64,000 nucleotides of DNA, from the IMG/VR virus record IMGVR_UViG_3300024493_000235, positions 96,001 through 160,000 of that record; one strand, given 5' to 3'. Positions 9,441 to 19,119 of this stretch are shown in pieces. Both the position numbers and the translations under genes were made by a program. The number at the start of each line of letters is the position of its first letter. Position 1 is the stretch's first letter. Under the pieces are notes generated by a model that saw only the letters and a program-made list of their open reading frames with translations, ran no database searches and was not told the DNA's origin. The DNA comes from a virus. Lineage: Duplodnaviria > Caudoviricetes.

Positions 9441-10103
9441 TTACATAACACCTGTTGAAGCTATTGAAGCTCCACCTTGATCGATAAGGGCCAACCTACT
9501 TTGAATTGAAGCGAGATAATTCATTGTCTCTGATGTAAGGTTCTTGAAGTCTATCGACTTCAAATCCTGAATCAACGGACGAATTGATTCCAGTTGTTTT
9601 ATCTCTCCGAAGAACCCAAAAGCTACGTCAACAGCGCTTCTCATCATTTCAAGTTCATTTTCAGAGACATTTGTGATATCTGTCCAGTCGATAATAATTT
9701 CAGGAAAATCGATTTTACATCGTTCCTGAAGTCTTCGTATGATGCTAGACATTTGTTCTACAGGTTTTCCAGCTCTTCCTTGTAAAGCGATAATATCCAA
9801 TCTGTATATCACTTTTCTTTGGAGATGCACAGTTTTGGAATGATCGAGAATTTGATCCCAGAGTATGACATTCATAAATTCAGGAGAATCTCCCTGAATC
9901 GAACTGCATACGTAAAAGAGCGTTTTTTCATGATCGACTATATCATTAGGCGGAGCGTATCCTTGAGCTAGTATATCGATATTCATAAGTTGGGAAGCAA
10001 CTTTGTAATTGTTTACAGCATCGATATTTACCCTATATACTTTTCCACGCAAGTCAACTAAGGACAGTTGATCTCCAACTGAGTATTTAGCGTCATCGTA
10101 CAT
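9441..10103 (-). CDS. Hypothetical late protein
   Basis: 220 aa, AAGGAG RBS, second gene of a late operon. Confidence 0.7.
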   Translation of the reverse strand: MYDDAKYSVGDQLSLVDLRGKVYRVNIDAVNNYKVASQLMNIDILAQGYAPPNDIVDHEKTLFYVCSSIQGDSPEFMNVILWDQILDHSKTVHLQRKVIYRLDIIALQGRAGKPVEQMSSIIRRLQERCKIDFPEIIIDWTDITNVSENELEMMRSAVDVAFGFFGEIKQLESIRPLIQDLKSIDFKNLTSETMNYLASIQSRLALIDQGGASIASTGVM

Positions 10104-10113
10104 ACGTTTCTCC

Positions 10114-11385
10114 TTATCCGTATTTTGTGATACAACCGGCTATGTACAAAAAAATACTTTTTCTAAAAGCAGATCTTGTAGCTGGTCGATTGAGTTTTAA
10201 AAACTGACTTCCATAAGCCACCACAATATCATCCAAGTTTTGTTTCAACTCTTCCAAAAGAGGATCTATCGTATTCGAAATACGATACATTTTTATGCAG
10301 TATATCATAAAGTATTTGCTTTTGACATACTCGACTTTATTCTTCGGATTCTTCAAAAATATCTGAAGTATCTTTATGATGATATTTTGAATCGCCTTTG
10401 TCTCTTTTTGAAAAATCATTTCCAGAGTGTTGCAAATTGTCTCACTCGATATTTTGCAAGTAGTGGCCGCATCACGAAGTATAGCTTTATCAACAGGTGT
10501 TGATTTTATTTTATTGTACACTTTTTGAGTGAGATCTGTTATTATACTGGAAAGATTATCAAGTGGCTTCATTGTTTGTGTGCCATCGTCTCCCTGATAC
10601 CAATCGCTGCTTTCTCCAAGATATTTCTGTTTTTCAACGTTCTTTCTATACTCGTTAAAAACGTTACGAAGAAAGTTGTTAATACGCATAGAAAGGTTTG
10701 TAATGTACGTTTTCATGTTGTGGTCTGTGTGGCTTTTGTACAATCTTAAACCTAAGTTAGAATCGTTATCGGATGATATGTATTTCAATACGCCAAGAAT
10801 TGTACTTTCTTTTCGTAAAAGATATTTCTCTGTCATATTATTTATAGTGTATTCCATGATGTCTTTATTTGCATCGTATTTCCACAGATGTTGCTGTCTT
10901 GACGAATAAAACCGTAATGCCATGAAAAGAGAAGAATAATTGACACATTCTCTTGCTAATTCTTTTGAAGGATAATCCCTGTACATTAAGTTCAGCATTG
11001 TTAAAAGAAAAAATAAAGGATTTCCAAGAGTTATAAATGTGTCAGATAAAAGCGGAGATTTTTTCATAATGCTTTTAACTTCACTTTTTATTAACCCAAA
11101 CATATTAAACAATGGATCTGAATCCTTTTGTTCTATAAACCAAAGCTTTTTATATGGGCCGGATATTAAAAGGGATTCGGCGTTTTTATCGATATACGTA
11201 GCACAGTGCGTTAAAAACGGTTTTGCTAAATCCATTATTTTCGGTTTAAATAATGCATATAAGCCATCGTATATTATCGTATTTTTAAGCGGATCTGTAT
11301 CTTCAAAATTGATAGACTCCCAGTCTGCAAAATCTTCACTTTCAAACTGGATTGTGGGGTTTTCTTCAAACTCGATCATATCCAT
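10114..11385 (-). CDS. Helical late/virion protein with acidic N-terminal propeptide
   Basis: 423 aa. Three I-x-FE motifs in the first 30 aa, late promoter 11400..11411. Recalled as resembling conserved virion proteins of phiKZ/AR9-like phages (unverified). Confidence 0.55.
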   Translation of the reverse strand: MDMIEFEENPTIQFESEDFADWESINFEDTDPLKNTIIYDGLYALFKPKIMDLAKPFLTHCATYIDKNAESLLISGPYKKLWFIEQKDSDPLFNMFGLIKSEVKSIMKKSPLLSDTFITLGNPLFFLLTMLNLMYRDYPSKELARECVNYSSLFMALRFYSSRQQHLWKYDANKDIMEYTINNMTEKYLLRKESTILGVLKYISSDNDSNLGLRLYKSHTDHNMKTYITNLSMRINNFLRNVFNEYRKNVEKQKYLGESSDWYQGDDGTQTMKPLDNLSSIITDLTQKVYNKIKSTPVDKAILRDAATTCKISSETICNTLEMIFQKETKAIQNIIIKILQIFLKNPKNKVEYVKSKYFMIYCIKMYRISNTIDPLLEELKQNLDDIVVAYGSQFLKLNRPATRSAFRKSIFLYIAGCITKYG

Positions 11386-11399
11386 AAAAGTACCTCACT

Positions 11400-11411
11400 T
11401 ATAACGATGTT
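11400..11411 (-). promoter_or_regulatory. Late promoter AACA-N6-TA
   Basis: AACA-TCGTTA-TA just upstream of the GAGG RBS. Confidence 0.8.
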
Positions 11412-11489
11412 TCCACCATATCAAATTCAAGAAATGAAATGTTTTTATGTTATTTTTTTTCATAGTTCAGAAACTAAAATATATTTAAC

Positions 11490-11499
11490 TATATATCAT
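11490..11499 (+). promoter_or_regulatory. Early/middle promoter motif TATATATCAT
   Basis: Upstream of the DHH gene, back-to-back with the late promoter. Confidence 0.7.
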
Positions 11500-11590
11500 T
11501 ATTGTAAGAAATATAAGATAAGATTGCAAGGATCTAGGATCGTTGATCCGTGTCCTGTGACGAAACTTATATACTAAAAAGGACAGTATT

Positions 11591-12991
11591 ATGAAAGTAG
11601 TGATTTGGTACCATAAAGCCGACTTTGACGGCTATCTGTCAGCGTATCTTTTGCACAAATACTTCACAACAGATTGTGAAGAAAGCCCGTTCCTGCCAAA
11701 ATTCAAAGATGCGGAAAAATTTGTCTATGTTCCGTATAATTATACGGATTCGATACGTGATAGTATCGAATTTGTCGCATCGGACGATGTGCTTATTTTC
11801 GCAGATGTCCTTCCGTATTCAAGGAAGGATCAGGCCACTATTCTGGATATCGCGCAAGGCCAGAATAAAGGAAACGTATATCTTTTTGATCATCACGTAA
11901 GCGCGGTTAATTACCTTAATGCTCCTGAGAATAAAAAGATTCTCAGTGATAGAGAGGTTCATGATAACTGTGTCGTCGGAATGTCTTCTTCAATGCTTTT
12001 GTACATTTCACTATATCTTCTTACAAACACTTCGCAAGTTCTCAAAAAGGCAAGCGACGCGTGTATTGAAGAGGTGCTTCCGATAAAAGAAAAAGCGGCA
12101 AAAGAATACGCCAAGAAATTTCCAAACAACTCAAACCCAACTTTTAACGACCTCTACGAACTTATGAGTCCGGAAGAAAAAATCATTGCTGACGATTCCA
12201 CAATGATTTGCAACGACATCATCGACGTGCAGAAAACCGCCAGCAGCATGTATGCAATCATGAAGAAGTATCCGAAGTGGTTTGGAATGTATGGCAACGG
12301 CGTTACGATGTGGCTCGTATGGCTTATAAACCATCACGATGTGTATGATCGTGACGACAAACAATTCTTCAATAATGCCGTCGAGCCGTTCCAGTTTTTC
12401 TTGAGGTCGAGAGTTACGCCGAAACCTGATTTTTGGAATCCGGACATGTCTCTTGCCGACGCAGTGTTTTCTCAGTTTGAAGGTAAGAGTGGGATTTACA
12501 ATACGGAAGAGGGAATAAAAACCGGCGTTGACCTTCGTGAAGATTTAAGAGTTCGCAACCTTAAAGTATTCCAAGCTACCGGCTTTGCTGGATTGTTATG
12601 GGTGCCCGAATATAACAACACTATTATTCCAACGGTATTCGCTCAGGACATTCTCAATAACTCTTCAATCTTTGAAGACGCCGAAGACGCAAAGAAATTC
12701 AACAACAACGGCATTAAGCTCTGGGTTATCGAAACCTATTCTTTACGGCTCAATTCTTACAAGATTACGATGTACTCAAGAACAGCAGATTGCAACGGCG
12801 CAGAATTATGTACAGTGCTTGAAGGCGGCGGACATGAAGGCGCTGCCGGATGCCAGCCTAAGTATTCTTGTACCGGAAAAGTCATATTTTGCGACGAGCA
12901 TCCTCATTTTGCAGGTTCGACGATTGTGGCATTAAGTAATAAACCAATTGATTGGTCAAGGCTTGAAGGCACCAAAATCGAACCTGTATAA
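11591..12991 (+). CDS. DHH/DHHA1-family phosphoesterase
   Basis: YHKADFDG, IFAD, FDHH and GGGHEGAAG motifs in the correct order. Confidence 0.85.
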   Translation: MKVVIWYHKADFDGYLSAYLLHKYFTTDCEESPFLPKFKDAEKFVYVPYNYTDSIRDSIEFVASDDVLIFADVLPYSRKDQATILDIAQGQNKGNVYLFDHHVSAVNYLNAPENKKILSDREVHDNCVVGMSSSMLLYISLYLLTNTSQVLKKASDACIEEVLPIKEKAAKEYAKKFPNNSNPTFNDLYELMSPEEKIIADDSTMICNDIIDVQKTASSMYAIMKKYPKWFGMYGNGVTMWLVWLINHHDVYDRDDKQFFNNAVEPFQFFLRSRVTPKPDFWNPDMSLADAVFSQFEGKSGIYNTEEGIKTGVDLREDLRVRNLKVFQATGFAGLLWVPEYNNTIIPTVFAQDILNNSSIFEDAEDAKKFNNNGIKLWVIETYSLRLNSYKITMYSRTADCNGAELCTVLEGGGHEGAAGCQPKYSCTGKVIFCDEHPHFAGSTIVALSNKPIDWSRLEGTKIEPV

Positions 12992-12994
12992 CCG

Positions 12995-13026
12995 TTAATT
13001 CACGGGGCGAAATCCCCGTGAATTAA
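12995..13026 (+). terminator. Intrinsic terminator hairpin
   Basis: ttaattcacgggg-cgaaat-ccccgtgaattaa followed by a T-run. Confidence 0.75.
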
Positions 13027-13039
13027 ATTCTTTTTTGGG

Positions 13040-13049
13040 TATATATAAT
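13040..13049 (+). promoter_or_regulatory. Early/middle promoter motif TATATATAAT
   Basis: Upstream of the 13142 operon. Confidence 0.7.
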
Positions 13050-13141
13050 TTTAGTAAGCCGAAAGGCGCTCTTGGATCATACACAAAACCGACATTAGCT
13101 TTGGGGTATGTAATTTTTGTATCGTATTTGGAGGACAATAT

Positions 13142-13450
13142 ATGTGTTTTTTAAGTCGAAAAGAAATTGTTGGAGTAATAATAACTCTTGTTGTATTAAT
13201 CGGACTTGTTTTGTTCATGTACGGTTATACAAAAGGGGTTTTTATTTCTGAATCTATGTATGAAATGATTCAAAAACATGACACTGAGTTACGGCAAAGT
13301 AACATCGAATATGATGTCGTGCATGCCATTCTTAAAATAAAATACGGATCATTTACGTATGACCAGTATATATACAAATGGGATCGTGACAGAAAGCAGC
13401 AATATTTACAAAAAGCACAATTATACTTACAAACGGAGGGTAATCAATGA
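13142..13450 (+). CDS. Small membrane-anchored protein
   Basis: GGAGG RBS, N-terminal hydrophobic helix. Confidence 0.7.
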   Translation: MCFLSRKEIVGVIITLVVLIGLVLFMYGYTKGVFISESMYEMIQKHDTELRQSNIEYDVVHAILKIKYGSFTYDQYIYKWDRDRKQQYLQKAQLYLQTEGNQ

Positions 13451-14178
13451 AACATCCTACGATTAAATGCGGCATTTTTGTTGAACCGTTTCGTCCAAAA
13501 AATCTTGGACTTAGCGTCGAAGAAGATGTGATTAAATATCATATGTCCAGAGAGGAAGCGACAGAACTTGCAAGACAAACAAGCGATTTTGCCGAACTAA
13601 ATGATTACAATGTTGACGGAAGTACACAGTTCGTCGAATTGCGAACGTTCGATTTGTTTAAGCCGCTACAACCAAAAGTTGTAAAAAGTGAAGATCCTAT
13701 GGATGACATCAACGATTTTGCTTTAAACGGTATTACAGCAAAAAGTAAGATACGTCATGGTATACCGCCTATGACATCAAGAATTATATACAGCGGATTT
13801 CCAAAGTATTTTCCAATAGCTATGGTGCAAAATCAAAAAGAAGGAGATATTCTAAAATTTAAATGCATGCTTGCAAAATATAAGTTCAATTCGGAAACTA
13901 TCTCCATATCCGAAACGTACAAAAAGGGCATACATTTAAAAGAGCAGTATAACAATCCATGCTTTTTCGGTTACAGACTCGTATATTTTAAATGCCTTTG
14001 TTACCAAGCCGCTTGTGCAAGAGAACCTTACACTGTTAAAGAAATTCACAGAACTGAAGATTCTACTAATCCTGTATCAGGAGAAATACAAAGCGGACAA
14101 GCGTTTACAAAAAGTTTTCCATGGAATCATCAAATGTTTCAAGTGGCTTTAAAAGCCTGCTACGACTTAAAGTATTAA
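13447..14178 (+). CDS. Hypothetical protein
   Basis: 243 aa, GGAGG RBS, ATGA-type overlap with the previous gene. Confidence 0.7.
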   Translation: MKHPTIKCGIFVEPFRPKNLGLSVEEDVIKYHMSREEATELARQTSDFAELNDYNVDGSTQFVELRTFDLFKPLQPKVVKSEDPMDDINDFALNGITAKSKIRHGIPPMTSRIIYSGFPKYFPIAMVQNQKEGDILKFKCMLAKYKFNSETISISETYKKGIHLKEQYNNPCFFGYRLVYFKCLCYQAACAREPYTVKEIHRTEDSTNPVSGEIQSGQAFTKSFPWNHQMFQVALKACYDLKY

Positions 14179-14182
14179 AACA

Positions 14183-14206
14183 CTTCGGGGCCATTTGGCC
14201 CCGAAG
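14183..14206. terminator. Bidirectional terminator hairpin
   Basis: cttcggggcca-tt-tggccccgaag between convergent genes. Confidence 0.8.
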
Positions 14207-14214
14207 ATGTATTT

Positions 14215-15951
14215 TTATGCAGCAATCTTGCCTATGAACTCTCTAAACATTCTTCTCACACTCGTGTTTTGGAAATCCAAGAACCTAAGAGTATGAAACG
14301 TTTCGAGAGTTGTAAGGTATATTGTCGCTTCTTGCACAACCTGTTCTCCTGGAATTTTTGTAATGGCAACTTCCGGAGTGTATCCTTCCATTGTGAATCT
14401 TTCTTTGTACCTGGTTCCTATATTAAGAACCAGATTATCAAAAATTGTACGGGCACTTTCTGTTGTCGTTACTTTTCCTTGAATGGCCTTATTTATTTCA
14501 AACGAAATATTTTTTGTAAGGTCATCCATTTTCTGTAACGTATCGCTGTATTTTTTATTCGACGAATCGGAAATTGTTCGAAGAGCATCGGCAGCAGATT
14601 TACTATTTGCTTGTAATGTCGCCATTTCATCTAAGTTGCCAGAACTTACGGCATCAACAAGCTGCAGTGAAATCTTTTCGTGAATCTTTTCAAACTTCTC
14701 ACTTCCTGTATTAAACGTATGGTTGTTAGCTTGTGCGAAAGATGACGCATCTTCGATTTCTTCTGCAATGGTAAGAGGTGTTTTTACACCTTGTTCTCCT
14801 CCGTCTGTTGTACCATCGCTTTCCGTTGTGGGCTTAGTACTACTCTCGACATCAGACTGCTTTTCTGTGGTTCCGTCTGTTGCTGTCGAAGCCCCTTCTT
14901 CCTTTTTGAGTTCTTCTCCAGTTTCTCCTGCATTTCCTGAATCGCCTTCTTTCTTTCCTGCGAGCTCTTCTTTACCTTCTCCAGGGTTTCCGCCAGTTCC
15001 TTCCGTCCCCGCGCTGGTGTCGGCTGAGGCTCCTGGCTCTGTTCCACTTCCGGCTCCTGCGTCGGCTTCGGTTTTTTGCTCTTCGCCATTTGCATCTCCT
15101 TGATCTTTATTGAGGGGATCCGCCTTTGTAGAAGATTCGATTTCTTCTTTTGCACTTGCGATTTTTTGTGCAGTTTGTTTATACTTCTCGATTTCCCCTG
15201 AAACCTTGTTTTTTATCTTTTCGATAATGTCGAGGTTTTCTAGTACAATAGTTGCGGCATAAGCTGAAAATTGGGTATTGAGTCTGTCGTTTTGAACAGA
15301 AACTAAACTCACTTCTTCTTGCACATAGGTGTTTATCTTCGCAATTTCAAGTCCGCATTCTTTTGTGACTGTATCATAGTCAAACCTTTCTGCAGCTTCT
15401 AATGATGCAACTTCTTTAGCTTCTTCGGCTAAGTCCTGAATAAAGCTTGGAAATTTGTAATCCTTACTTTCAAAGTTGCAGACAGGTTTTAGCTTCGAAT
15501 AGATGTCATAAGCCATTTCGGCTATATAAGCTTTTATCGGTTCTTTACTGCGAATTTCATCCGGTATAGGACAAGCCTCGGTTATAATAATAGAGATAGT
15601 TTCCATGATAAGTCTGTCCCCAAGAACTTCTTCAAAAGCATATTTCGCCGTTCGAAGATATTTTTCCACTTCCGGCCGTGTCGAAAACTTGTTTTCAACT
15701 GTAACCGGAATATTACCGATACTATCTCTCGTTTTAACAGAACCTGGAAAGAATGTGGCTTCTTGTTTTACAAGATTTTTTGAATTGATGTCTGCTAAAG
15801 CGTTGTTGTGTTTTTCAAGTGCGAGCTTTCGTTGTTGAATTACCTCTGCTGGTAATTCTTTTTTAGATTCAGTAGTTACAGGTTTATGACTTAAAAAGTT
15901 ATTTCCTATTACAACTCCTGATTTCTTCGAAACACCATCGAATAAACCCAT
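14215..15951 (-). CDS. Putative virion head protein with acidic Gly/Thr-rich linker
   Basis: 578 aa, AGGAGG RBS, many T/S/A-x-E motifs (VTTES, YAFEE, ASLEA, FTMEG). Last gene of a late operon. Confidence 0.6.
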   Translation of the reverse strand: MGLFDGVSKKSGVVIGNNFLSHKPVTTESKKELPAEVIQQRKLALEKHNNALADINSKNLVKQEATFFPGSVKTRDSIGNIPVTVENKFSTRPEVEKYLRTAKYAFEEVLGDRLIMETISIIITEACPIPDEIRSKEPIKAYIAEMAYDIYSKLKPVCNFESKDYKFPSFIQDLAEEAKEVASLEAAERFDYDTVTKECGLEIAKINTYVQEEVSLVSVQNDRLNTQFSAYAATIVLENLDIIEKIKNKVSGEIEKYKQTAQKIASAKEEIESSTKADPLNKDQGDANGEEQKTEADAGAGSGTEPGASADTSAGTEGTGGNPGEGKEELAGKKEGDSGNAGETGEELKKEEGASTATDGTTEKQSDVESSTKPTTESDGTTDGGEQGVKTPLTIAEEIEDASSFAQANNHTFNTGSEKFEKIHEKISLQLVDAVSSGNLDEMATLQANSKSAADALRTISDSSNKKYSDTLQKMDDLTKNISFEINKAIQGKVTTTESARTIFDNLVLNIGTRYKERFTMEGYTPEVAITKIPGEQVVQEATIYLTTLETFHTLRFLDFQNTSVRRMFREFIGKIAA

Positions 15952-15978
15952 GGTTTATATCCTCCTTAAGCGTAAAAG

Positions 15979-18900
15979 TTAATCGGAGAGCATGTTGATG
16001 TTAATATCAGCTTTCATCTCCACCGTCCCGTCAGCCTTAAATTTACCTTCGTCAATTTTTTGATTGACGGTTACATACTCAGGGATTGCTTTACTGTCGT
16101 ATGCTGTTTTATCGGCGCCTTTTATTGTTTGCACTTTCGTTTCTGCGCCGTTTAAACTTTCGAACTCGATATAATTAATGTCAGGATATTGTGTCTTTAA
16201 ATACACTAAAAGACCATCCATAGTGAACTTACCAGATTTCATACTATCCGTTAAATAATCCATAGCGGATCTTGATATCGGGTTACGTAAAGATTCTGAC
16301 ATCTCAGGATCGTTAAGACGGCAATTAAGTGTTATCGAAAGGTTTAACTTAGGAAGATTTGTGTAATTTGAAACATCACCAAACCCTTGGATAAACATCA
16401 TCGACGGTCCTACTGTATTATAAAGACCTACGTGAATCGAACTGTTTTGAACAAGTTGTGGAAGAACAGTTTTATGAATAACATCCGTAAGGCTTTTAAG
16501 CTTATTGTAAATCAAATCCTTGTAATAAGGATTTAAAAGTGCCATCATAGAAATCATTGGAAGCCTTTTTATGATAAAGGCATTTTCAGATTCTACTTCA
16601 TATATCGGTTTATTGGTTGTCGGATCATATAAGATTTTTAAATCCCCTTTTAGATGCTCATTTACTTGTTGGTCATGCTCATCCATTACAGGATCTCCTA
16701 ATCTGTTTCCGGGTTTAATAAACGGTTGAGTAGGATCGCTTGGATCCATTTTAATAGTTCCATCTTCTTCATATTCGTAAATTGGAACCTTTCTATATGC
16801 TGGAACGTTTTCTGCATATACTGGCCATACAGGAGGAGTTGCTATAACTTCAAGAGCTGTTGAAAAGGAATTCGATACGTCACGAATAAAATAAAATTGT
16901 TCCGGAATATCAAATACATCAGTTACAACAAATCCGTCTTCAATTTCATCTTTTCTAAGAATGTAGTCCCACGATTTTGTTCCTCTTTTTGTCGACTTGT
17001 AATCGTATAAACTATATGCAACATGGGCTCTTAGGTATACCCTAAATGGTATAAAATACCTATCGGGATTTACAGTAGTTCCGATGTCTTTTAACTGATC
17101 ATCTCCTGTAGGAAATATCTTTTTACCGATAATTCTAAACATGTCATCATTATGAAGACAGTTATCGGTTTCAAGATAAGATGTAAAAATTAACTTTGTG
17201 CCACTGCTATTTGCTTGAACGCTTTCTCCAGCATTGATATATCCGTACGTTCTCTTTTTATCGTCAAGAAGTTCGAGTTTTACTCTCACCTTAAAACGAT
17301 CAAGATCATACGGGCCTAACAGTAAAAATTCCTGCATTAGCATATCGCTAAGGGATACTTCAGTTTTGATTACATATACATTACTCATGATACTTTCACG
17401 TGTTATTGTAATCTTACTTATAGCAAATTTTTCGGGAGAATCAGAATTGCTAAAAACAAACGAGGTACCCAGTATTGTATCACATTGCACATCGTATAGA
17501 GATACAAAGTACGGGTCTTTAAATATTTTTATAAAATATGGGCACATCATAAGTATGCCGTCATACTGCATATATTTGTCGTATATGTATGTCCAATCAG
17601 GTACTTGAGGTATATCTTCTCCCCTGGTGTTTCTTTTCTTTTCGGGGAACATCGCGCTCATTATCGATTTTCCGTCACTATCCGAAGGAGATATTATATA
17701 CCTTGTAAAGTTAAAATATTTAGGATCATCTGCAAGCCAAAATTGATACACATTATTCGGATTTAGGAATCTTGCATCAACGCCTTCCATTTCAAGGGTT
17801 TCTTTCTTTTCATTCACATAGATGTCCCCAGTACGAGATGGAATTACGAATTTATTTTCTGTGTCTTCCAATAAAGTATACGCCATGAATTCTCTATTAA
17901 AAATGTCGTCACGCTGTTTTACAGATTGTACTCCATAACTTTCAAGATACTGACGTAGATCTTCATCAGAGACAATAAGGTGTCTTGAACTCTTATAATC
18001 TACAATAGCAAGACGCAATTCATCAAGAGTTGGTTTGTCTTTTCCATCGCTTGCAGTCTTGTTAAGAATTTCGACATATGGAATTATACCAGAAAAAGCG
18101 TTTTCAAATTTATTTTCGGAGTCTTGAGATAACTCTTTTAAAATCTGATCTCCTGTAAATGTAAAGTTTCCAGCTTTTCCTTCGGTTGTAAATATATCAA
18201 TGCGTAAACGGGAATTAAACTCAGGTGACCAGTGCCTTGGGTCGTTTGAAAAAGAGATGGTGAAAGTATTATCATCCATAAGTCTGTAATAACAGAACGG
18301 ATTTCCAGATGACATTAAAGTTCCGAGATAAAGTTTGTTTAACTTCATCCATTCTCTTTGATCATTGTTTCGTTTATACAAAACTTCAAAACCGGCAAGT
18401 TGTCCTTCAAAAGAAAAGGTATATATGTCGGCTGTAGCAATATTTGGCACATATGTAAGTTCTCGTTTTTCATATATAAGCTGTCTTACCGGTGTTTTAA
18501 ATATAAAATACTCAATTCCATCAAGAAATTGTGTCTTCCCTATCATAAGAGGAGCTTGGATATCCGAATATGGATTTTTTGTAGTCATATCATAGCTACA
18601 AGAAATGCTTTTACTCGTTTCGTTAAGACCAGGCTGCACAATGATATTAATAGGATAATCAAGTTTAAACCTGAATCTATCTAATCCTATCACCGTGTTT
18701 TCAGAGAGGGTAAGCATGCTGTAACTACGAGTAAGATTTCCGGGTTCTGTATACGGAATAGCCTTTCGCTTTATATCCTTTACAGGGATTGCAAATAATA
18801 TCTCGATTTTTGACGGTTTTGCAAAAAAATCATGGATGTGTGCAACCGTAGCGTGCAAATACACGCTATCGTCAAATTTTGCCGCTGTCGGAAATATCTC

Positions 18901-19104
18901 TTTACTGCGAGAGTTTACATTGAAGTATTGGTCTTCTATGGCGTTAGCTATAAAATCAAGTGTAACACCTATTATACCTGCATTAAGATTTGATACATCG
19001 GCTCCATCTGCCCTTTCTTCAAACTTCTCTCTAAGCGTTTGTATAAACTTCGACTTGATAGCGGCAGAAGATTTGCCGTAATCAAGGATATCGTCACCTA
19101 CCAT
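15979..19104 (-). CDS. Baseplate wedge subunit (T4 gp6/baseplate J-like)
   Basis: 1041 aa. EIFPTAAKFDDSVYLHA, IFTTEGKAGNF and SDGKDKPTLDELR..IVSDEDL match the gp6/J-like TxGxxGN and GxDxExxxELR patterns. Confidence 0.75.
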   Translation of the reverse strand: MVGDDILDYGKSSAAIKSKFIQTLREKFEERADGADVSNLNAGIIGVTLDFIANAIEDQYFNVNSRSKEIFPTAAKFDDSVYLHATVAHIHDFFAKPSKIEILFAIPVKDIKRKAIPYTEPGNLTRSYSMLTLSENTVIGLDRFRFKLDYPINIIVQPGLNETSKSISCSYDMTTKNPYSDIQAPLMIGKTQFLDGIEYFIFKTPVRQLIYEKRELTYVPNIATADIYTFSFEGQLAGFEVLYKRNNDQREWMKLNKLYLGTLMSSGNPFCYYRLMDDNTFTISFSNDPRHWSPEFNSRLRIDIFTTEGKAGNFTFTGDQILKELSQDSENKFENAFSGIIPYVEILNKTASDGKDKPTLDELRLAIVDYKSSRHLIVSDEDLRQYLESYGVQSVKQRDDIFNREFMAYTLLEDTENKFVIPSRTGDIYVNEKKETLEMEGVDARFLNPNNVYQFWLADDPKYFNFTRYIISPSDSDGKSIMSAMFPEKKRNTRGEDIPQVPDWTYIYDKYMQYDGILMMCPYFIKIFKDPYFVSLYDVQCDTILGTSFVFSNSDSPEKFAISKITITRESIMSNVYVIKTEVSLSDMLMQEFLLLGPYDLDRFKVRVKLELLDDKKRTYGYINAGESVQANSSGTKLIFTSYLETDNCLHNDDMFRIIGKKIFPTGDDQLKDIGTTVNPDRYFIPFRVYLRAHVAYSLYDYKSTKRGTKSWDYILRKDEIEDGFVVTDVFDIPEQFYFIRDVSNSFSTALEVIATPPVWPVYAENVPAYRKVPIYEYEEDGTIKMDPSDPTQPFIKPGNRLGDPVMDEHDQQVNEHLKGDLKILYDPTTNKPIYEVESENAFIIKRLPMISMMALLNPYYKDLIYNKLKSLTDVIHKTVLPQLVQNSSIHVGLYNTVGPSMMFIQGFGDVSNYTNLPKLNLSITLNCRLNDPEMSESLRNPISRSAMDYLTDSMKSGKFTMDGLLVYLKTQYPDINYIEFESLNGAETKVQTIKGADKTAYDSKAIPEYVTVNQKIDEGKFKADGTVEMKADININMLSD

Positions 19105-19119
19105 TGCAAATCTCCTTTT

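Noticed and set aside
10114-11385. Possible AR9 gp226-like promoter-specificity subunit
   Set aside because: Size and helical content fit loosely, but no motif could be confirmed, and the late promoter plus propeptide point to a virion protein.
14723-15155. Ser/Pro-rich 126-aa and Lys/Gln-rich 123-aa ORFs
   Set aside because: Antisense or alternate-frame shadows of the low-complexity linker in 14215..15951, with no RBS or promoter.
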